Shown here piece after piece: positions 38,157-45,100 of a stretch of 64,000 nucleotides of DNA; position 1 is the first letter of the stretch, and each line of letters starts with the position of its first letter. The notes under the pieces are model-generated. The model was given only the letters and a program-made list of their open reading frames with translations, searched no databases and had not been told where the DNA came from. The translations under genes were made by a program, and so were the position numbers. Source of the stretch: a virus (taxonomy: Duplodnaviria; Caudoviricetes). The stretch lies in the IMG/VR virus record IMGVR_UViG_3300028887_000090, positions 1 to 64,000 of that record. One strand, written 5' to 3'.

Positions 38157-39698
38157 ATGATCGCAAAGATTTATCCCGACGGACACCCTGATCTTCAGGG
38201 TAAAAAGGATCCGAAGCATCCCGTGCGATACTTCGACATCCGAAAACTTACCCCCCCCGAATGCTATACACTCATGGGGGTACCGCAGCAGCGCATAGCG
38301 CAGCTGATGGCAACCGAAAAACGCCCATATACGGCATTTATCGGTGTAGAGGAGGAACTAAGGCTCTTTGGTCTGGAAGAGTCAGCCTCGATGAAAGATG
38401 TGCTGGATGCCTACAAGGAGGCGATGCAGAGTTGTGATGAGTTTGACCAGGAAACACAGAAGAAAATCGATGAAGGTTTTCTCAGTCCTGACAGCAGACC
38501 CACAACCGATGAAGATGGTGAGGAAATCATCTATCCCTACGACGATGAAGAGAGCTACCAACGTTACCTGGAGCAGTTGAAGGAGGATTTGGAAGGTAAC
38601 AAACTGGTACGTCAGAATTACGATGAAAGATACGCAAAGATCCGTGCCGCACCTACTGAGGAACGTTTTGGCGATGTGCAGATAATCTCAAATAGTTCGC
38701 ACTATAAACTCGCAGGAAACTCGATTGTCTGCGATGTGCTGATGTATATCTATGAAGAATTTCTCTATCCCACCGGTCGCCGTATTCCTACCGAGCAGCA
38801 GGATTTATTCGCGCTGCCGCAATTCCGTTTAGAGCGCGACTGGAAGAAGAAACCATTGAAACTTGTTACGCTATGCTCTGGCTATGACTCGCAGGCCATT
38901 GCCTTCGACATGCTGAAAGAGCGTTATCCTGATTTTGATTACGAGCTGACGGCATGGGCTGAGTTTGACCCTGAGAGCAAGCGCCCATTGGAAGAGCAAC
39001 CCGCAGTGGTGGCCCATAATCTGCTATTCCCTCAGTGGGCCGACCGTAATCGTGGTGATATGACCAAGTGTGATTGGAGTGACCTGAAGGATGCAGAGGT
39101 GGATTTTCTTACTTACTCTACGCCGTGTCAGTCGATCTCACAGGCAGGTAAGCGTGAGGGCATTAAGAAGGGATCTGAAACCCGTTCGGCTGTGCTCTGG
39201 TACACCGAGGAAGCCGTGAAGGTGATGAAACCGAAGATCCTGATGCAGGAGAATGTGCGTGCGCTGATAAACAGCGTGAACATGCCCGACTTCAAGGAGT
39301 GGTGTCAGCTGCTGGAGAAATATGGTTACGTGAACTTCCTTGCGCCCTCATTCCCGACATTGTGGGGAGAGACCAAACGCGACAAAAAAACCATTCCTGG
39401 CATTCTCAATTCGAAGCACTATGGCGTGCCTCAGAACCGCGAGCGCGTCTATATGATTTCTATCCGTCAGGATGTGTTGGGTGATACGCAGTATGAGTTC
39501 CCGCGTCCTTTCCCCCTGGATAAGTGTATTGCCGACATTCTGGAGTCAGATGTCGATGAGCGTTTCTTCCTGAAGCCCGACTCAGTGATTAAGTTCCTGA
39601 CTGTGAATGAGAGTGACCAGAAGGCTCAGATCTTCTATGTAGTGACTGACCATAAGTTGACGGATGAAGAAATCGCCCAGGCTCGTAGTCGTAAGTAG
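38157..39698 (+). CDS. circularly permuted DNA (cytosine-5)-methyltransferase
   Basis: order IX (IRKLTPPECYTLMG), X (YKLAGNSIV), I (TLCSGYDS), IV (STPCQSISQAG), VI (MQENV), VIII (GVPQNRERVY); ORF open from 38037, probable ATG 38157. Confidence 0.92.
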   Translation: MIAKIYPDGHPDLQGKKDPKHPVRYFDIRKLTPPECYTLMGVPQQRIAQLMATEKRPYTAFIGVEEELRLFGLEESASMKDVLDAYKEAMQSCDEFDQETQKKIDEGFLSPDSRPTTDEDGEEIIYPYDDEESYQRYLEQLKEDLEGNKLVRQNYDERYAKIRAAPTEERFGDVQIISNSSHYKLAGNSIVCDVLMYIYEEFLYPTGRRIPTEQQDLFALPQFRLERDWKKKPLKLVTLCSGYDSQAIAFDMLKERYPDFDYELTAWAEFDPESKRPLEEQPAVVAHNLLFPQWADRNRGDMTKCDWSDLKDAEVDFLTYSTPCQSISQAGKREGIKKGSETRSAVLWYTEEAVKVMKPKILMQENVRALINSVNMPDFKEWCQLLEKYGYVNFLAPSFPTLWGETKRDKKTIPGILNSKHYGVPQNRERVYMISIRQDVLGDTQYEFPRPFPLDKCIADILESDVDERFFLKPDSVIKFLTVNESDQKAQIFYVVTDHKLTDEEIAQARSRK

Positions 39699-39880
39699 TG
39701 CCGTGTTGCGGGGTGTTCGTACTGAGCATGCCCGTGCCGTGCGCCGCATTTACGGAGATAGGGGGGGGGCATTGCCACTTCTCTGACCGTAATTTTCTTC
39801 CGGCTACTGATGGGTGTAGTAATACGATAACTGGAATATTGAAGGATAATTTGTTATTGATTGAGTATGATGATCATTAA
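39664..39880 (+). pseudogene. TRD-like cassette G, out of frame (G9; G8 restores)
   Basis: MKKSPR...VRTEHARAVRRIYGDRGG|HCHFSDRNFLPATDGCSNTITGILKDNLLLIEYDDH*; tract 39761-39769. Confidence 0.8.
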
Positions 39881-40049
39881 AGAGACTGAGCCAACTGCCG
39901 ATATGAAGCCTGTTCGAATATCGGCAAGCCGTGGTAGGGGGGGGCAAAACGCTACCCACCAAGTCATCGAATTAGGGTCATGGCAAGCAACGAACACAAT
40001 TACCTCAGTACAGAAGGATAATATTGTATGGATAGAGCGAGATTTATAA
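39867..40049 (+). CDS. TRD-like cassette H, in frame (G8)
   Basis: ...SASRGRGGQNATHQVIELG...TNTITSVQKDNIVWIERDL*; tract 39937-39944. Confidence 0.8.
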   Translation: MMIIKETEPTADMKPVRISASRGRGGQNATHQVIELGSWQATNTITSVQKDNIVWIERDL

Positions 40050-40177
40050 GGAATGTGGGGGGGGTATATTCGCAATGTACTCCCGACTTCAACCGAGGTT
40101 GGCTTTGGGGCCTCTCTCGATGTATCAAAGCCTCGATGAATGATGCCGCAATATTGATAGAGTATGACTATGAATAG
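40028..40177 (+). CDS. TRD-like cassette I, in frame (G8)
   Basis: MDRARFIRNVGGVYSQCTPDFNRGWLWGLSRCIKASMNDAAILIEYDYE*; tract 40057-40064. Confidence 0.8.
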   Translation: MDRARFIRNVGGVYSQCTPDFNRGWLWGLSRCIKASMNDAAILIEYDYE

Positions 40178-40327
40178 GAAATATAAGATAGGTGTTCATA
40201 TCGTAGGCCATCGTTTAGAGTGGCACGGCGAGGGGGGGCAGACTCGACTATGTGGAAAGATATCTGTCCTTGCATTCGCATGAATGATTATAAATGTCCG
40301 ATGAATATATTGATTGAGTATGAGTAA
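40164..40327 (+). pseudogene. TRD-like cassette J, out of frame (G7; G8 restores)
   Basis: MTMNRKYKIGVHIVGHRLEWHGEGG|ADSTMWKDICPCIRMNDYKCPMNILIEYE*; tract 40232-40238. Confidence 0.8.
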
Positions 40328-40574
40328 GGTACGCCATTTCAAACCTCGGTGTCCCTTCCTTCAGATTGCTACGAGGGGGGGGCAAATCGTGTTACAAGTT
40401 CGTCAGGCAACCGAGCAAGGCTATATCGAATGCGTCAGTGGTGGCGTGTTCGATATGGCTTACCCTACGTCTCAGCTTCGTCGCGCCCGTGTCAAAGACG
40501 ATGGCCGTGTGGCATCGGCATTGATGGCAGGAGAAACCTCACAATGTGTATTTCTGGAGTATGACCTCGATTAA
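40320..40574 (+). CDS. TRD-like cassette K, in frame (G8)
   Basis: ...TRGGQIVLQVRQATEQGYIECVSGGVFDMAYPTSQLRRARV...VFLEYDLD*; tract 40375-40382. Confidence 0.85.
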   Translation: MSKVRHFKPRCPFLQIATRGGQIVLQVRQATEQGYIECVSGGVFDMAYPTSQLRRARVKDDGRVASALMAGETSQCVFLEYDLD

Positions 40575-40761
40575 ACTATCCAAGACTACCTCCGCACCTC
40601 CAAGGGCTTATGGGGGGGGGTATTTGTTGCCTGTCAACACCGCAGCAGGAGGAATCTGTTGCACACTCAATACCAGATACGACGGCATGCAGTTGCCGGA
40701 GGACATCTTATCACTCGCACACTATCCTAAGACGGTTGTGCTCATCGAATACAATCTATAA
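40561..40761 (+). CDS. TRD-like cassette L, in frame (G9)
   Basis: ...YGGGYLLPVNTAAGGICCTLNTRYDG...LAHYPKTVVLIEYNL*; tract 40612-40620. Confidence 0.8.
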   Translation: MTSIKLSKTTSAPPRAYGGGYLLPVNTAAGGICCTLNTRYDGMQLPEDILSLAHYPKTVVLIEYNL

Positions 40762-40764
40762 TTT

Positions 40765-40798
40765 GTCACATGGTTACGTTGTTTTACCCCTAACTTTG
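40765..40798 (+). promoter_or_regulatory. putative late promoter
   Basis: GTCAC-N21-TAACTTTG. Confidence 0.6.
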
Positions 40799-40829
40799 TG
40801 GCGTATTAATATTTAAAAAGGTATATAGT

Positions 40830-41492
40830 ATGGAAACTTTCTCAATTATGGAACCGTGCTGCATAGGGCATCAACTGCCGCAGCTGCTGAAAAAGTACCC
40901 GCTTGCTACGTGGCAGTCGAATGGTGATGTGACCTTCGATAAACTGATGAAAGCCATCAGTTGTCTGGCAGGCAACTCTCTGACCGTGAAGATCGTCATC
41001 CCGACGATAGATATTCCGATGCTAAGATTGTTGCTCTGGTATCGCCAGCGCGAGTGGCTGAAAGAGGTGGCCATCCTGACCAAAGACGACCAGACGGCCT
41101 TGATGCGCTCACAGTTGGGCATGGACTTTCCGCTGACTGCGAGACACCATGACTCGGTGGTGGAGTCGCTGCTGGTGATAGAGGGCGAGAAAGCCACCGT
41201 CATCGTGCAGGGTGCCTTGCTGAGTGTGGTCACACCAGGACAGTATCATTATACCACCTATGTAGGCACCGACCAGGAGCGCATCGACATGCTGGTATCG
41301 TCGGCATGGTCGCTGTTCCGTCTGGCAGGTCGAAAAGGTGGAAAGAAGGGCAAGGAAGCCGCTGAGGAAACGGATGAGAAGCCGTCGGAGGCCGCTGCCG
41401 AACAGCCCGAAGATAATAACGAAAAACCCGTAGAGCATGAAGATACGACTGAAGAACCCGCTGAAAGCGTGGAGGGAACACAGGAAGCGTAA
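40830..41492 (+). CDS. hypothetical protein with acidic tail
   Basis: 220-aa ORF. Confidence 0.75.
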   Translation: METFSIMEPCCIGHQLPQLLKKYPLATWQSNGDVTFDKLMKAISCLAGNSLTVKIVIPTIDIPMLRLLLWYRQREWLKEVAILTKDDQTALMRSQLGMDFPLTARHHDSVVESLLVIEGEKATVIVQGALLSVVTPGQYHYTTYVGTDQERIDMLVSSAWSLFRLAGRKGGKKGKEAAEETDEKPSEAAAEQPEDNNEKPVEHEDTTEEPAESVEGTQEA

Positions 41493-42009
41493 GGCTGACC
41501 TGAAGGATCTGCATCAGACGGCATCGGTTTTCGGTTCACTGGAAACGCTGATGACGAAGGGCCTGTTGGCATGGAACCAGCAGGAGCGCCGTCTGTACGT
41601 GGCCGAGCCGTTGGCCATTGTCATGCTGGGACGTGGTGCCGACCACTGGCAACGCTTCCTGAATAACACCTACCTCTATTTGATGAATAAGCTGATGGCT
41701 GAAGCATGGGATAAACATGTGCGTGACGAACAGCGCAAGGCCGTGAACGAGCGTGTGGCGCAGGGCGTGAAGGTAAACCCTGGCGAACTGGATCGCATTC
41801 GTCGCGCCGTGCGTGAACAGATAGAGTCTGACGCTGTGCAGCCGCCGAAGATTGAACCCTTCGAGTTTTTCGTCATCAACGACCATGCCGAGGGTGACGC
41901 GAAGGCTGCCATTACCTACGTGGGTGAATATAATCCCGACACCGAAAACTTTGTCATGGCTGCCTGGGATGACGTGAAGCAAGCCATCGAGGACGTAAAA
42001 CTGAAATAA
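41437..42009 (+). CDS. hypothetical protein
   Basis: 190-aa ORF. Confidence 0.75.
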   Translation: MKIRLKNPLKAWREHRKRKADLKDLHQTASVFGSLETLMTKGLLAWNQQERRLYVAEPLAIVMLGRGADHWQRFLNNTYLYLMNKLMAEAWDKHVRDEQRKAVNERVAQGVKVNPGELDRIRRAVREQIESDAVQPPKIEPFEFFVINDHAEGDAKAAITYVGEYNPDTENFVMAAWDDVKQAIEDVKLK

Positions 42010-42050
42010 GGTCTTTTTCAAATATAATAAACAACTTCTGAATAAATCAT

Positions 42051-42089
42051 GTCCGGAGCCAGTCGCGACGACCCGCTCCGGACTTTTTT
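42051..42089 (+). terminator. intrinsic terminator
   Basis: GTCCGGAGC...GCTCCGGAC followed by T6. Confidence 0.75.
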
Positions 42090-42103
42090 CTGCATACCCC
42101 TTT

Positions 42104-42137
42104 GTCACATGGTCAGCCTTCGGATTTCGTAATTTTG
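42104..42137 (+). promoter_or_regulatory. putative late promoter
   Basis: GTCAC-N21-TAATTTTG. Confidence 0.6.
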
Positions 42138-42173
42138 TGGCAGTAATAATAGATAAGGTATAAGAAGTAAGCT

Positions 42174-45100
42174 ATGGCACTTTTCAATTCAAAAAAATCG
42201 GAAGTCGTGATCACGGTTAATTCTCAGCAGCCAAAAGCCGCTGTGAGGGCCATGAAGGTGGAGCTTGACAAACTTACACGGTCTTATGAACAGTTGAATA
42301 ACGCTGGTAAGGCCGGTACCCAGCGTGCAAAGAACATGCTCAAAGACATTAAAGACCTGAAGGCCGCCATTAAGAACTCCGAGGCTGATATGCAGAAGGT
42401 CGATAAGGTGGTTAAGAATTTAGGTAACGCCACCTTGCGTCAGTTGCGCCAGGCATTGAAGCAGGTCAATAAGGAGATAGAAAACACCTCCGCTAACAAT
42501 CCGAAATTGGTTCAACTAAAGGAGCAGTATCGGGCCATTGACCAGCAGATACGCATGATGACAAAGGACATCAATTCTGCTAATAGTGCCATCCGTGGAT
42601 CTGGTGGTGCTTTCGCCACTACGTTAAAGAACTTGACAGCTTACTTTGGCCTGTTTCAACTGTTTTCACAGATACAATCGAAGCTGACTTCTATCATCAA
42701 ACTTAATCTGCAATTCTCCGACCAGTTGGCCGACATCCGTAAGGTATCTGGATTGGCCATGAGTGACATTAACCACATGTCGGAGAATTTGGCAAAGATA
42801 GATACTCGTACCACCATTCAGGAACTCAATCAGATTGCTTATGCAGGCGCAAAGCTCGGCATCGGAAAGTGGGGAACTGAAGCCCTGGAGCAGTTCGTTC
42901 GTGCTTCTAACCAAGTGAACGTTGCCCTGAAAGAAGATCTTGGTGCCGATGCTTTGACCGCTCTCTCGAAGATTACTGAGGTAATGGGATTGATACCGAA
43001 GATGGGCGTAGAGAAATCGATGTTGGCCACCGGTTCTGCTATGTTCCAGTTGGCTGCTACCTCTACCGCTACCGCTGGCAATATCGTTGAGTTTTCGAAA
43101 CGACTCACCGGTATGGCCCGCACAGCAGGTATCACAACGGATCAGTTGCTGGCCCTCGGTTCTGCTGCCGATAGTATGTACCTGATGCCTGAAGTGGCTT
43201 CTACGGCATTCAATAAGTTCATCACCGCTTTGCAGAAGAATCACAACCTGATTGAGAAGCAACTCCAGATTGACCCTGGCACAATCAGTAACCTGTATTC
43301 GACGGGTCGTATTGTCGATGCCATGGTACTGGTGTTCGAGCGCATGAATAAGATGGGTAACATGAACGTGATGCAGGATTTGTTCAAGGATCTTGGTTCG
43401 GATGGTGCCCGTCTGGTAAACGTGATGGTTACGATGTCGAAGAATGTCGATATGCTGAAAGATCACCTCTATACTTCAAGTGAGGCATTCGAGGAAGCAA
43501 CCGCCGTAACCACTGAGTATAATATCCAGCAGGAAACCGCCAACGCCCTCATGGAGCGTGCATCGAATATCTGGGAGAAAGCCTTTGTCAACCCTACGGG
43601 TGTGGACTATGTGAAGTCGATGGCCCAGCAATGGTATGACCTCTCTAAGGCCCTGACTGAATCCAATGTTTACATGGGTCAGATTAAACTTACGCTCGGA
43701 TTGCTTTGGGCGCTGGTTAAACTTGGTCTGTACCTGTTGCCTGCCCTGATTCAGTTTATGATGTTCAAGGGCTCCTATACCGTCGTTGTCGGTATGTGGA
43801 AGGGTATGGTGGTAGTCTATCAGCAGCTGATGGCGAAGATTACGGGTGCCACTGTTGCCCAGCAGGGATTGAACACAGCCATGAAAGCCAATATCTTTGG
43901 CGTTATCATTTCGCTGTTGTCGATGGCTGCCGTCTATATGTTCAACTATGGCGAAAAAACGGAGGAAGCAGCCAACTCGCAGCGTAAGTTGAACAGTTAC
44001 CTGGAGGATGCTGCCAAAGCCTACGATGAAGAGCGTCGTAAGTTGGAATCGTATCGCAATGTGCTGGATGATGCAAACCTGGCTCAGGAACAGCGCGAGC
44101 GTATCATTAAGAAATTCAATCACGAATACCAGCCATACCTTACTAAACTTGGTCTTGAAGTAAAGAGCGTGGGCGACTTGAAGGGAGCCTATGAGGATCT
44201 GAATGCCGAGATTAAGAAAAAGATGTACTACCAGATGCGTGAGCGTGCCTACAGTGATAAGTTAGGCGAAGCGCAGGGTGGGGTAGAGAATGCCGTGATG
44301 GACTACAGCCGCTATGTCAATGGTAAGGCTGACTTCAAGGCATTTGATACCAAGTGGCTCCAGTCGAAAGTGGATGCCGGACTGACTGTTGATGAAATCT
44401 ATAAGTCTGTCATCGAGCAGACCTATGGTAAGGGTGGTGTTTGGTCTGGTTATAATGGCGATTACATTATTAATAATAAGTCGAAGCGTGACTCCGGCCT
44501 TCGCAGTCGTATTGCGAACTTCGTCAACGCCAATAAGAACTATACGACCACCAAGACTGAGATTGACGATGCTTTCAATCCTATCATTGGTGACTACGAC
44601 CCATTCAAGAATGACGACCTGGGCGAGTTGGAGCGTGATGCTGTTGATAAGCGTGAGCGTGCCAAGCAGAAGGCCGAGGAAGCGGCCCGTCGTAAGGCAC
44701 TCCGTGCGGAAATGAAAGCCGAGCAGGAGCAGGCAAAGGCTGTGATGGATAACGTCAAAAACTATTATGAGCGTCAGATTGCCGCCATTACCGATATGGC
44801 CACCAAGACGAACATGGATCCTGAGCTTCAGGCAAAGATGGTGGATGCGATGAAGAATCGCATGAATGACGCTTTGGCGAACGTCCGTAAGGCTATTGCC
44901 GGTGTTGAGAATGGTTGGAGTGACTTCCGCGAGACCATGATTAACGACCTCTACGAGCCGTTGAAGTCTGATGGTACCAACGAGTCAACGCAGTTGCTCG
45001 ACAATATCATTCAGAACGATGTCGATAAACTCCGTGAAATGATTAAGGATCTCTCGAAGGCCCTTGGTCAGAGTCAGGGCGTATTGCTCGACCAGATTTG

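Noticed and set aside
39698-39880. 60-aa GTG-start ORF from the track
   Set aside because: Better explained as the 3' half of cassette G, which starts at ATG 39664.
36873-40761. CRISPR array or integron reading of the recurring TTGATAGAGTATGA motif
   Set aside because: The repeats are short, degenerate and vary like coding sequence; the intervening units are 140-260 bp ORFs; there is no cas gene, integrase or attC-like palindrome.
36873-40761. Invertible shufflon or diversity-generating retroelement
   Set aside because: All cassettes are co-oriented, and I saw no flanking inverted repeats, recombinase, reverse transcriptase or template/variable repeat pair in the window.
36873-40761. Simple decay of one long multi-TRD gene
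   Set aside because: Each unit has its own ATG and a stop right after the shared tail, and every frameshift falls in a G run, which random decay would not produce.
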